A DNA stretch of 64,000 nucleotides. It comes from Octopus sinensis. Taxonomy: Eukaryota. The DNA lies in the NCBI RefSeq assembly GCF_006345805.1, contig NC_043012.1:22816001-22880000 (forward strand). The letters are read 5' to 3'. This document shows positions 52,051-64,000 of this stretch, piece after piece (the stretch's first letter is position 1; the number at the start of each line of letters is the position of its first letter). A program made the translations under genes and the position numbers. Under the pieces are notes generated by a model. It searched no databases, was not told where the DNA came from, and saw only the letters and a program-made list of their open reading frames with translations.

Positions 52051-53092
52051 TATCCAGTAATTTGTTAAGGCTTAGTAAGAAATTCTACCCTGTATTTTCA
52101 AGAGGCATCATGATAAATGTTGAGCTGTAATTTCTATAGGTTGTCGTGTCATCTGGTTGGATGACCAAAGATTCAGAAGTTTGAGTAAAAGACAGAAATT
52201 GATGCAACTGGAAACTGGACAACAATAGAATCTTGTCTCAAAAGTGTGAAATGAAGGGTTGAAGAATACTCCCAGATTGGAGTAAAAAGGAAAGAAGAGA
52301 AAATACGCACTAACAAATTAAGTTTGATGTAACACTGGAAGGTACAGTGATAGGGGGAATACAGCTCAGTGATGTCACATGTGATGTTTTTCCATCAAAC
52401 AAATGTGTGTGTGTAAATGTGTGCAGACAAGCCCAATTCTATACATTTCTCTTTATATATCTGTCTGTGTGTATATAATCTGAACAGAAGTTATGAATAC
52501 ACAATATGCAGACAGTTAATAGAGTTAGAAAGTCAGTCATTGGTAAAGTCACCCAGGGGGTGAGGGTTGAGTCTGTTTCTCAGGTGGAAAGATTTGACTG
52601 ATAGCATTAAAGAGAGAGAAAGAAAGGAGGGTACCACTATAAAAAAAAAATATATAAAAAGACTATGTAGGCATGTCCAAAAGAAAAATAAATGTTCTGA
52701 AAGAAAAAAAAAAAGGAAAGGAAAAAATAAAGAATGGATCATGGATGAATGGAGAAAAACAACAAAACAATGAGAGTATGTGTGGTGGAAGGGAGATAAA
52801 AGAAGAGCAAGTAAGAAACCAGGAGAAGAAAGAAACAGAACGAACAATAAGTAAGTATAAAGGAAACAACAGGGGTTAATAAAAGATGGAGTTGACTAAG
52901 TAAAAAAAAGGGGGGTGAGTAATGAGGACAATGAAGAGAATGAGACTTAGAGAGAGAGAGAGAAAAAGGGGAGTGACAGAAAGTAAAAATAGGGAATGGG
53001 AAACAGAGAGAGGGACGTGAAAAAGAAAGAGAGGGGTTTTGAGAAAGACAGAAGTAAGAGAGAGAAAGAGATGAGTAGTGATATATATATGT

Positions 53093-53389
53093 GGAGGCGC
53101 AATGGCCCAGTGGTTAGGGCAGCGGACTCGCGGTCGTAGGATCGCGATTTCGATTCCCAGACCGGGCGTTGTGAGTGTTTGAGTGAAAACACCTAAAAGC
53201 TCCACGAGGCTCCGGCAGGGGATGGTGATCCCTGCTGTACTCTTTCACCACTCTTCCTCCCACTCTTTCTTCTGTTGGCCTGCTCGCTTAGACAGCGGGG
53301 TGGCGTCATTCGAAGGCTAAAACAATGCGAACGCATTGTGACCAGCGATGTGTAACTACATCTGATGGACTGGTCGGTCACATGATCAT

Positions 53390-53393
<4 letters not shown>
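53093..53393 (+). mobile_element. tRNA-derived SINE sharing its head with 13339 but with a different 3' half
   Basis: Near-identical 5' ggaggcgcaatggcccagtggttagggcagcggactcgcgg...ccctgctgtactctttcaccac; diverges after tctgttg. Confidence 0.88.
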
Positions 53394-53429
<36 letters not shown>

Positions 53430-53430
<1 letters not shown>

Positions 53431-53846
53431 TTTTACTTTACTTTCTTTTTTTACTTTTTACTTTTTACTTGTTTCAGTCATGTGACTGTGGCCATGCTGA
53501 AGCACCACCTTTAGTCGAGCAAATCGACCCCAGGACTTATTTGCTGTAAGCCTAGTACTTATTCTATCGGTCTCTTTTGCCAAACCGCTAAGTTACGGGG
53601 ACGTAAACACACCAGCATCGGTTGTCAAGTGATGTTGGGGGAGACAAACGCAGACACACAAACATATACACACACATACATATATATATATACATATATA
53701 CGATGGGCTTCTTTAAGTTTCTGTCTACCAAATCCACTCACAAGGCTTTGGTCGGCCCGAGGCTATAGTAGAAGACACTTGCCCAAGGTGCCACGCAGTG
53801 GGACTGAACCCGGAACCATGTGGTTGGTAAACAAGCTACTTACCAC

Positions 53847-53847
<1 letters not shown>
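53430..53847 (-). mobile_element. Family A SINE
   Basis: Reverse complement colinear with 28104-28516. Confidence 0.9.
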
Positions 53848-53895
<48 letters not shown>

Positions 53896-54880
53896 GGTAG
53901 GAGAGATATAAATAGACTGGCCAATATAGATAATGCATACATGCATAAGCGTACGTATGTTTGAGTCTCCTTGTCTTGACATCATGTGATTGTTGTAAAT
54001 GAATGTAAATGATATTCACTTCCAATATTCTGTGAAAAGATGTCTGGGCATGGGGAAATATCTTGATTGGAAATAGATAAGGGTTGGTGACAGGAAAGGC
54101 ACCTGACTGTAGGAAATTTGCATCAATAAACTTCATCTAATCCATGCAAGCATGGAAAAGTAGACATTAAAATGATGATGGCGATGATGATGATGATGAT
54201 GTGTGTGCGTTTCTATATGCAAATGTGTGTGATTGTGTTTGTGTTTACTCAGAATAATGTTTATGTTGTGTCTATATAACTTAGCAGTTCAGCAAATAAA
54301 AATAGATATATGTAGTGGGTGGTGGGTTGATAAGATCCTTAATGGCTGTACCCCATCATGGCTTCATTCCAATGACTGAGTCTGGTGCAAGGAATCGATA
54401 AGATCTAAAAACTAAAAAAAGACAGCATTTGTTTTACAGCTTGAGAGAGAGAGAGATACATAGGAAGAGAGAGCGAGAGAGGGAGAGAGAGAGTATGTGA
54501 GAAAGTGAGTGAGAGAGGGAGAGAGATACATAGGAAGAAAGAGCAAGAGAGAATGAGAGAGAGAGGCAGAAAGTATATAATTTAACTCTGAAAATATTGG
54601 TTGGAAGAAGAGCTAAAGTTGTCTGAGAGAAAATGGATGTGAATGAAGAGTCTACTGGTAATGCCAATTGGAATTACCGAAATAGTAGCACTAGTGGCTG
54701 GAGCATGATTCTTTCCCTTGGTACTATTCTTGCAGCCAAAAACATCAATAAACCAAGTCCGAATGCCAATTCAGAGATTACAGATATAAAGAAATAAAAT
54801 TATAAAATTTTAATTAGTGGAATGAAAATAAAATGTTAAATGCACACAGTGATACAGACATATAATGTTAATACATACAA

Positions 54881-54913
<33 letters not shown>

Positions 54914-55094
54914 CTTATGTGTGTGTGTAGAGTGCATATTCATAAATTATGGTTGTATGAAACATGCAACATCCTATGAGATAAGAAACTATATTTTTGT
55001 TTGTATAATGAATTTATATATATATATATACATACATGTGTATTTGTATGTTTATATATAACTACACACACACACACACAGACACATATGTATG

Positions 55095-55465
55095 TTTGAC
55101 ATGTACAGTCTTGTCCAATTTTGCTGGGAGCACATTCTTTATTGAGGTAGACGCCTTCCATCTTGCCCTTATTTGCTTTGAGGTTTCAGAATCCATATCT
55201 CAGCACTTATTCATTATGTGTCCTTGGTAGACGTACTCCTTTACCTCCTCGATTTCACCACATTCCACCTCTACTGAACCATGTGCTACATGTTCACACT
55301 GCATGTGTTTAGCTTTCATGTGGCTCCTTTTAAGGCTCATGGCTATGCTGTGGGTGTTAACTGTGGTCAGTATGGTCTGCAGCTGATCTGTGGTTTGGGG
55401 CAATGAGTTCAGTGTCATTTGCAAATCAGAGGTGTGTCAGTAGCTCAACGTTGATGGTCATGCCA
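55095..55465 (-). mobile_element. Decayed RTE-type LINE reverse-transcriptase fragment
   Basis: GMTINVELLTHL*FANDTELIA / TTDQLQTILTTVNTHSIAMSLK..KAKHM..VEVECGEIEEVKEYVYQGHIMNKC*DMDSETSKQIRARWKA corresponds to RT LRFADD..L and the downstream IE.V..YVYLG...EI..RI..GW.AF; stops and a frameshift. Confidence 0.8.
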
Positions 55466-55768
55466 CCTGTACAGTGTGTTTATTTTTGAGTCTCCTTGTC
55501 TTGACATCATGTGATTGTTGTAAATGAATAATATTCACTTCCAATATTCTGTGAAAACATGTCTGGGCATGGAGAAATATCTTGCTTGGAAATAGATAAG
55601 GGTTGGTGACAGGAAAGGCACCTGACTGTAAGAAATTTGCCTCAATAAACCTCATCTGACCATGCATGGAAAAGTGGACATTAAAATAATGATGATGATG
55701 ATGTGTGTACGTTTCTATATGCAAATGTGTGTGTGATTGTATTTATGTTAACTCAGAATAATATTTAT

Positions 55769-56140
55769 CATCATCATCATCATCATCGTTTAACGTCCGT
55801 TCTCCATGCTAGCATGGGTTGGACGGTTTGACCGGGGATCTGGGAAGCCAGAAGGCTGCACCAGGCTCCAGTCTGATCTGGCAGTATTTCTACAGCTGAA
55901 TGCCCTTCCTAACGCCAACCACTCGGTGAGTGTATTGGGTGCTTTTTATGTTCCACTGGCACAGGTGCCAGGCGAGGCTGGCAACGGCCACGATCGGATT
56001 GGTGCTCTTTACGTGCTACCAGCACAGAAGCCAGTCAAGGCGGCACTGGCATCGGCCATGATTTGGATGGTGCTTTTTACGTGCCACCAGCACAGGGATC
56101 ACAACTGCAGTTTCCATTGATTTTGATGTTGATATACTTG
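55769..56140 (-). mobile_element. Family D SINE with about 3 internal units
   Basis: (CAT)n then cgtttaacgtccgttctccatgctagcatggg; colinear with 19379. Confidence 0.9.
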
Positions 56141-56149
56141 ACTCAATGG

Positions 56150-56390
56150 ATCTCCTGGAAAGTTACCCTCCCAGGCACAAGTCTGGGCAAGTTTGTTTAT
56201 GGAAGACCAGCAGTCACCCATGCATACCGGCCTCCCCTCTCCATGCCACCAGTGTTATCCAAGGGAAAGACAGCTGAGTGAACTGGAGCAACATGAAATA
56301 AAGTGTCTTGCTCAAGAACACAACACGCAGCCCGTTCCGGGATTGTAAGCTCGACGCTCTAACCACTGAGCCATGCGCCTTCAATTTTAT
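56150..56390 (-). mobile_element. CORE-like tRNA SINE with a deletion in the head
   Basis: Minus strand ggcgcatggctcagtggttagagcg (A box) then ttgagcaagacactttatttcatgttgctccagttcactcagctg. Confidence 0.8.
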
Positions 56391-56744
56391 ATATATATAT
56401 ATATATGTGTATATATATTTTTTTCTTCTTAGCATTTCTAGATTTATGGGGAATATTATGTTGATAAAGGAAATGAACCTTACGATTCTAATCCAGAAAC
56501 GTACGTCCATAATTAACCGAAGACTGTGTGATTTCATAATTTTTTTCTTTTTTTGCCATATGTGAGTTACAAATATTGATGTCTGTGGAGACTTATTTTT
56601 GTAGTAAAAGGAAATAGTAGTCTTTTGGCTGCTATTTCTAAAATTTTTGGCATGTGGTTTAAGCAACTTGTTGCAAAAAACCCTTATTATTATAAATATA
56701 TATATATGTATATATACAAATTTTGCTTATAGTGATTTTAACAA

Positions 56745-57030
56745 CAATCATCTGATCAATAGAACAGCCAGTTCAAGAAAGTGTGCAAGTGGCTGAGTGC
56801 TCCACAGATATACGTACCCTTAATGCAGTTCTCAGGGAGATTCATTATGACACAGAAGGTGACATGGTTGGAAATTTGAATTACTGGTACAACTCAATTT
56901 TGCCAGCTGAGTGGACTGGAGCAACATGAAATAAAGTGTCTTGCTCAAGGACACATTGTGTCACTGGGAATTGAACTCATGACCATATTGTCTTGAGCTG
57001 AATATCTGAGCCACTAAGCCATAGGCCTTC
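56745..57030 (-). mobile_element. CORE-like SINE carrying the 3' module of the 13339 element
   Basis: gtgcaagtggctgagtgctccacagatatacgtacccttaa is a near reverse complement of ttaagggtacacgtgtctgtggagtgttcagccacttacac at ~13606-13646. Confidence 0.75.
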
Positions 57031-58899
57031 CCATAATGGTTTCTGGTTAAGGTACAAGGCCAGCAGTTTTGAGATGGGAGGGGGTTATTTAATACCACCA
57101 ATCTCGGTATTTGAGTCGTAAATTATTCTATTGACTCCAGAGGGATTTGAACTCAGAACATAAAGAACTAGAAAAAATACCACAAGGCATTTTTTTCTGA
57201 TCCTTTAATCATTTCAAAATCTATCACAAATAATCCAATAACAAAAACAATTTGTTTCTAATGTAGGCACAAGGGCTGATGATTGCAGGAATGGAGGACT
57301 GAAGTTAGTCAATTAAACAGAGCCAGTCATTGATAAAGAGTTTTTATTTTCTTTTTTTTGAGCTTGAAATGTCAAAAGACAAAGTCAACTTTGGCTCAAT
57401 TTGAACCCAGGCTATAAAGAAGCAGAGGAGCATTAATAAGAATAATAATCCTTTTGTAACATCGGCACAAGGCCAGTAAACTAGGCACAGGTGGTGGTGG
57501 TGAATGAAATCAACCCCCGTGTGTGACTGGTACACATATTATTAACTTCTTATCAACACCAAGAAATGCAAAGAAAAGTTAACCGTAACAGGATTTGAAC
57601 TTAGGATATAAAGATTTACAACAAAATATATTAAGAATATTTAATCCAGCCGAGTCTAGTGTTTCTACTATATTAATAAACTACTTATATCACTTGTTTG
57701 CTTTCCTTTTGTTTACATAGACTCTCCCCGACACACACACATTTCTCCTTCATACACACTTATATTTAGTGAGACACTTAGAGATATGCACAAACACTCA
57801 TATACTTACTGGCACACACACACACTAACGTACATGAATATATCTATATAAGTCTAAGCACACACACACACACATGCAGACACACACACACACACACACA
57901 CGCACATTTTTCCTCATGAACATGTCACCTGGGAGTTTGACTCATGCAATAACAAAAGCAGATTATCCTGTCAGCGCATCAGAAGGCCTCTGAATCTTTC
58001 TGTCCACCTATCTATCTATCTACTTACTTTACCACCTCACTGAAGAGAAACACAACAGAGAGAGTGAGAGAGAGAGAGAGAGAGAGATAGAGAGAAAGAA
58101 AGGGTGAAAGAATGAGAGAGAGAGAGAGAGAGAGTGAGTTAGAGAGGGATGGAGAGAGTAAAGCAAAGTATGATGGGATTTCGAAGCCTACAGCCATAGA
58201 TGAGAAACACAAATAGCACTGAATTCATTCTTATTCTGTGTCCACACATGAAGATAAAAGATTATAACACAACAGAGGGTGCAGCATAACTGAGAGCTGG
58301 GGTTAGGGTTAGTGTTGGTGGTGTCATGGAAATAAGACCAGTTTTGATGTGGGAGTGGGGGGAGGGGGTGCATTGCGGTGGGGGTTTTCTTTTTCCTTTT
58401 CATTTTTTTTTTTTTTTTTTTTTTGTAGTTGTACACAGCCACCTCTACTGATATTAAAAGCTGTATAGGGCAAGAATAGGCATCACGTAGAAATTCTCTT
58501 ATCTATAATCACAGACAAAGATAGGTGAACATGACGGAAAATTCATTGAGTGTTTTTCAAATTTCTGATTCAGTCCATCCAATATGGACAATTGTGAAGT
58601 CGGCGCCGAAGCTTAGATATGCTTCTGCTGTTGTATGAGTTACTAAGTACTGTTGGAGATGAAGAGAAGGAAACAGCCTTGTAAAGGATTAGGTTCCAGT
58701 GAAGAAAATATATTTGGTATATCTCCATGTGCAAGTCAATGCGTTACTGTTTGGTTGAGTCGTATTATTTCAAATTTATATTGTCTTGGTCAAAGCTTTG
58801 AGAGTGTTTTTGGTATGTTTATATATGCAGATAACTACAAGATATAGCTGCATGTGTGTGTGTGTGTCTGTGCACATGCACATATAAATACATAGATAG

Positions 58900-59294
58900 A
58901 TTGATGTGTGTATATATATATATATATAATATATATATATGTAATATATATATGATATATATATATATGTATATATGTATATATATATGTATATATATAT
59001 GTATATATATATGTATATATATATATATGTATATATGTATATATATATGTATATATATGTATAATATATATATATATATGTATATATATATTATATATAT
59101 ATATATATGTATATATGTATATATATATATATATTATATATATATATGATATATATATATGTATATATATATATATATGTATTATATATATGTATATATA
59201 TATGTATATATATATGTGTATATATATATGATATATATATATGTGTATATTATATATGTATATATATATATATGTATATATATATATGTATATA

Positions 59295-59341
<47 letters not shown>

Positions 59342-59405
59342 ATATATATATATACATATATGTATACACACACAAATATATATTATATATATACACATAC
59401 ATATA

Positions 59406-59442
<37 letters not shown>

Positions 59443-59470
59443 GCATATATGTGTATATGAACACACACAC
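58900..59470. repeat. Long compound (TA)n/(TG)n microsatellite
   Basis: Direct reading. Confidence 0.95.
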
Positions 59471-59879
59471 ACACACATGTATACAAACATTCACAAACAC
59501 GTAAGCAAACGCAATTATGCATCAAAGCATTTGCTGTATTTTTTAAAGCATGTGCACTGAAATGCACACACACAGACACATGCAAAAAGTGCACCTGCAG
59601 ACTTGTGATGTATGCATGAGTGACTTCTTTATGTCAGTAGATGCAAAGTTGAAACTGTGTATAAGTAATTATTTGCTGGCCAGTTTGATGTATGACTGTT
59701 GTTCTAGATACCTATGTAAGTTGACGCAACAAGTATGTACATGTGCATACATGTATATTTATATATACATATATATATTTATATATACATATATATATAC
59801 TGAGATATTCATGTGACAGTTATCTGTGGTTGGTATTTTTATTATGTTTGCCTATTCATCTTCTTCTTCTTCTTCTTCT

Positions 59880-60627
59880 TATTATTATTATCATTTTCAT
59901 TAGCATCTTCATTCAATTCTGTTTCCATTTCTTGCTGAGTGTCTTCCTGACACCTAGGGCCCAGAAACGTATTGTGTACATTGGTAGGCCATTAAAATAC
60001 ACACACCAGATTGTTCATTTATAGGGTCATGTGATAGATAAAAAGGGGAAGACAGAGAGAAAAAGGAAAAAGAAGAAATAGAAAAGTAAACAAATAAATT
60101 AATGGGGGGGGGGGAGAAAATTCACAGCAACAATTCTCTTTCAATATGTGTGACATACCAGTTAAGACAATCTTTTGAACTTCCTATATGGATGGTAAGC
60201 CAGGGATCATCTTTAAATAATTTTTAGTTCCTTTTTTGATCATTCCAAGTGCTCCTACAATCACTGGTATTGTAACCTCTTGAGATGCCACATCTTTTTG
60301 ATTTCGATTAATAGATCTTTATATTTTCTGAACTTACCAAATTCTTTTGCCAAGACATTATGGTCACAGGGTATGTGCAAGTCAATTAATAAACAGACTT
60401 TATTCTTTTCGTCTTTCACAACAATACCTGGTTTATTTGCTTTGATGGTCCGATCTGTACATATTGGCAAGTCCCAAAGAATTTGTTGCATTTTTTCCCT
60501 CAGTTATAGTCTCAGGGTGGTGCTTGTACCATTTGTCAGTAGTTTTAATTTTATAATGCTGACACATTATCCAATGTAGATATTAGCCAACTCTGTCATG
60601 TTTTGATTTGTACTCTACAGGTGCTAT
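59880..60627 (-). mobile_element. 5'-truncated R4/Dong-type (restriction-like endonuclease) LINE, copy 1
   Basis: IAPVEYKSKHDRVG*YLHWIMCQHYKIKTTDKWYKHHPETITEGKNAT / ILWDLPICTDRTIKANKPGIVVKDEKNKVCLLIDLHIPCD..KYKDL..KMWHL / VTIPVIVGALGMIKKG..EVQKIVLTG (RHD, W.H.P, ILWD, PD..D..K pattern); 3' UTR and (AAT)n tail. Confidence 0.9.
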
Positions 60628-60628
60628 T

Positions 60629-60659
<31 letters not shown>

Positions 60660-60782
60660 TTCTATTATTATTATTATTATTCAAACTTCAAATTTTGCCA
60701 TGGCTGCCTTTGACTTTCATCCTTATATAAATACCAGCTAAGCACTTGAGTAGATGTAATTGACTGTCCCCCTCCCCAAAAT

Positions 60783-61190
60783 AATATTCTCTTCATCACA
60801 GGTTTTGTTGGAACTCATGAGTCTTCCATGTGTAGCGGGCTTACTACCTGCAGCCTACGGCACCATGCTATTCATTCTTTTCAACTATCTAATACCTTCC
60901 TGATTATTCTGACCGTGCCATGGAGGCAAACCTTTTGTAACAGTTCTACTGGGGACTCTATTCCAATTTCCTATGATATTCTCTTTGATTCCTTCTGATA
61001 CTGTTCTCAAGGACCCAATAATAATTGGCACTATCTTCACTTTCTTCATTTTCCATAGCCGGGCTATTTCATTCTTGAGATTGTTGTATTTATCTAACTT
61101 TTTACTTTCTTTCTTGACTATTTGTGGGTCAAAGGGACATGCAACGTCAACTATATAGCATATGTGGTGCACCTTGTCCACCACCACTGT
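60783..61190 (-). mobile_element. 5'-truncated R4/Dong-type LINE, copy 2 (distinct subfamily)
   Basis: VVDKVHHICYIVDVACPFDPQIVKKESKKLDKYNNLKNEIARLWKMKKVKIVPIIIGSL / PVELLQKVCLHGTVRIIRKVLDS*. Confidence 0.88.
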
Positions 61191-61209
61191 TATTATTATT
61201 ATTATTATA

Positions 61210-61690
61210 GTAGACGTCGCACAGTATACAATACTGTGAGGTTGTTGATTGAAGATATTGTGTCTGTTGGGGGTTTGTACTGTCTGTCAAGTCACAACAA
61301 GGACCTCAGACTAACACTACTTTACGCAATATGCATGCAGTTCCAAGTAATGCTAACTTTTGCAATACAACTAGATTATAGGGTATTTCTAAAGTTTTCA
61401 GATGTTTTTTTCAGATTGGGTGATATTGAACTCAATGCTCTGATAACAATAGGGATAACCTTTATGCTTGACTCTCGTAGCTGCCAAATCTTAGTGATCT
61501 TAGTTCTTGGGTCACCATATTTATCAACATTTTCTCTTTCTTTCATGATAATATGTTGATTTTGCACTGCCACGTCAATTATTAGGCACTCTTGTTTGTC
61601 CCTCCTAAAGGTTACTATACCCAACCTTCGGTACTCTAACACCTTGTCTGTCTTGATTTTGGTAGCTTGCACCTGAATGATGGACTCTCC
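61210..61690 (-). mobile_element. 5'-truncated R4/Dong-type LINE, copy 3 (distinct subfamily)
   Basis: TDKVLEYRRLGIVTFRRDKQECLIIDVAV..KERENVDKY..IKVIPIVIRALSSISPNLK / HLKTLEIPYNLVVLQKLALLGTACILRKVVLV*; (AAT)n tail. Confidence 0.85.
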
Positions 61691-62084
61691 TCTCAAAGAT
61701 GATCTACGAGTATTCAGCTTTCACCGAACGACATGCACGAATGATTTGTTCACTGTGATTAAATGTTCATGCCACACATTAGCTCACTCTCTCCATCAAA
61801 TTGATGTTACCTGAACAGGTTAACGGTGTATCATGCATCAGAGGTTGAAGTGGTCACAGAGCAATGTCAGATGAAGAGTTTTGCTCAAGAACCATAACAC
61901 ACCACCCAGGCTAGCAATTGAAACCATGATCTTGTGATTGTGAGTGCAACACCCTACCCACTAGGCGAATAATGACAATAATAGCTGTCAGGAAGACACT
62001 CAGCTAGAAATGGAAGCAAAGTAAAAAACGAAAAACTAATAATAATAATAATAATAATAATAATCAGAAGAAGAAGAAGAGGAA

Positions 62085-62784
62085 TCGTTTATATTATAGG
62101 CACAAGGCATGCAATTTTGGGGGTGGAGACAGTTGGTTGTATTGATCCCAGTGCTCAACTTGTACTTATTTCACTGACCCCTAAAAGGAGAAAGGCAAAG
62201 TTGACCCCAGGGGAATTTAAACTCAGAACAAAATTGGATGAAATGCCGCTAAGCATTTTGCCTGGCATGCTAACAATTTTGTCAGTTTACCATCTTAAAA
62301 ATAATAATGATGATGATGATGATGATGATGATGTTCAATTTTTTGGCACAAGGGCTGAAATTTTAGGGGAAGGGCTAGTCAAATATATCAACCACAGTGT
62401 TCAAATGGTACTCATTTTATTGACCCTGAAAGGATGAAAGGCAAAGTCGGCCTCAGCAGAATTTGAACTCGGAACATAAAGACAGACAAAATGCTAAGCA
62501 CTTCACCCAGTGTCTTAACGGTTCTGTCAGCTCACCTGACTTAATAATAATAATAATAATAATAATAATGGTTTCAAATTTTGCCACAAGGGCAGCAATT
62601 TTGGGGCAGAGGATGAATTGATTACATCGACCCCAGTCTTCAACTGGTACTAATTTTATTGGCCCCAAAAGAATGAAAGGCAAAGTCAACCTCGGTGGAA
62701 TTTGAACTCAGAACGTAGCGATGGGCAAAATACCACTAAGCATTTCATCCTGCTTGCTAATGATTCTGCCAGCTTGCCCACTTC
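62085..62784 (-). mobile_element. Three head-to-tail family B SINEs separated by (AAT/GAT)n
   Basis: aaaggcaaagt..acc.c.g..gaattt.aactc.gaac occurs three times (~62190, ~62435, ~62675). Confidence 0.9.
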
Positions 62785-63400
62785 AGTAATAACAACAACA
62801 ACAACAATAATAATAACATTATCATCTTTATTATTATTGATGAGATTTGATATTTTATAAGTCAATTAACACCGGTCAAATCAACTTCTTCAGGGACCAA
62901 GTCATTGCAGGAATTATTAATCAAAACCAAGATTGCAGATTATTTGAAATTGTTATTTACCATGGATCAGTTTTGGTTTTTCCACAAAGTAAATTATTTA
63001 ATTTATTAGGATTAATTCCATTAAAAACACAGAACTACTGCATAATACATCACCACTGCTGACCACAGAAGGAACAACAGCAAATTTATTCCAAGTGACC
63101 CACTTCATAAAGGACACTGCTTGTAAACAGAATATTGCTTAAAAAAATGAACAACATTTCTCTCAGAAGGCAACTGTGGATAAAAACAAGCATACAGAAA
63201 TGACATACATACACACACACATATATATATACATATGCATGCATATATATACATATATAAATATATATACATATATAAACATATATATATATATATACAT
63301 ATATAAACATATATATATATATACATATATAAACATATATATGATAGATATAATATAAACATATTATATATATATACTAGATACATATATATATATATTA

Positions 63401-63528
63401 TATTTATTATATAGAAGGAGCTTCTACAGGATAGAAGTTTATTCAAGAAGAAATCTTCAGAAGCTTCCTGAGATTTTCTTGAATGAAACAGTTCATAGTC
63501 CTGTAGAGCTCCCTCTATATAATAAATA
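63401..63528. repeat. Imperfect inverted repeat (~60-bp arms, ~7-nt loop) within (TA)n-rich sequence
   Basis: tatttattatatagaaggagcttctacaggatagaagtttattcaagaagaaatcttcag versus reverse complement of ctgagattttcttgaatgaaacagttcatagtcctgtagagctccctctatataataaata. Confidence 0.85.
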
Positions 63529-63620
63529 ATTTATCTGCTATGTATGCGTACCATATTTAATGGGTTAACCCAATAAAACCGGACCTACATATATATATAT
63601 ATATATATATAACTAGATAA

Positions 63621-63659
<39 letters not shown>

Positions 63660-63820
63660 GATAAATACATATATATATATATTATAATATATACATACAC
63701 ATATATAAACATACATATACATAGATAATAGATATATATATTATATTATATATATACATATTAACATATATATATATATATACATACTATATATACATAT
63801 ATAAATATATATATACATAG

Positions 63821-63865
<45 letters not shown>

Positions 63866-64000
63866 ATACACACACACATGCAGAAAAAAACACACAACCT
63901 TTTATGAATCAACTAGGTCTTGTTGAATTAAAAATATCTGTCTGCCTGTTTGTCAATCTATCTGTCTATATATAGACCGACAGGCATACATATATGTGCG

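Noticed and set aside
52533-53205. K/E-rich and F/L/S-rich ORFs
   Set aside because: Low-complexity purine (GA/AAG) tract.

Overview
AT-rich, repeat-saturated, essentially non-coding eukaryotic DNA. The SINE families and the dense (TA)n, (CA)n, (GAT)n and (AAT)n microsatellites match what I recognise from Octopus (coleoid cephalopod) genomes; this assignment is an inference. No intact protein-coding gene or RNA gene can be supported, and nearly all ORFs in the supplied track are microsatellite or SINE read-throughs. Supported content: (i) dozens of tRNA-derived SINE copies from several families built from shared head, core and tail modules; (ii) decayed transposon coding fragments, namely a mariner transposase N-terminus (29.4-29.9 kb), two RTE-type LINE pieces (19.9 and 55.1 kb) and three stacked R4/Dong-type restriction-like-endonuclease LINE 3' ends (59.9-61.7 kb); (iii) a Helentron-associated (HINE/DINE-1-like) element at 37.1 kb; (iv) a 6.6-kb satellite of 36/32-bp monomers with higher-order repeats (45.4-52.05 kb); (v) a 63-bp minisatellite that looks like an amplified SINE tail plus its target-site duplication (23.8-24.2 kb). 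The most unexplained signal is a set of inverted-repeat hairpins, four of which abut (TA)n tracts (164-280, 981-1106, 15929-16467, 63401-63528). Two share a terminal motif and at least one carries a degenerate hammerhead-ribozyme-like core, suggesting Penelope-like element remnants or TA-anchored fold-back duplication. Several unique-sequence islands have exon-like splice signals, but strand and gene identity are unresolved.
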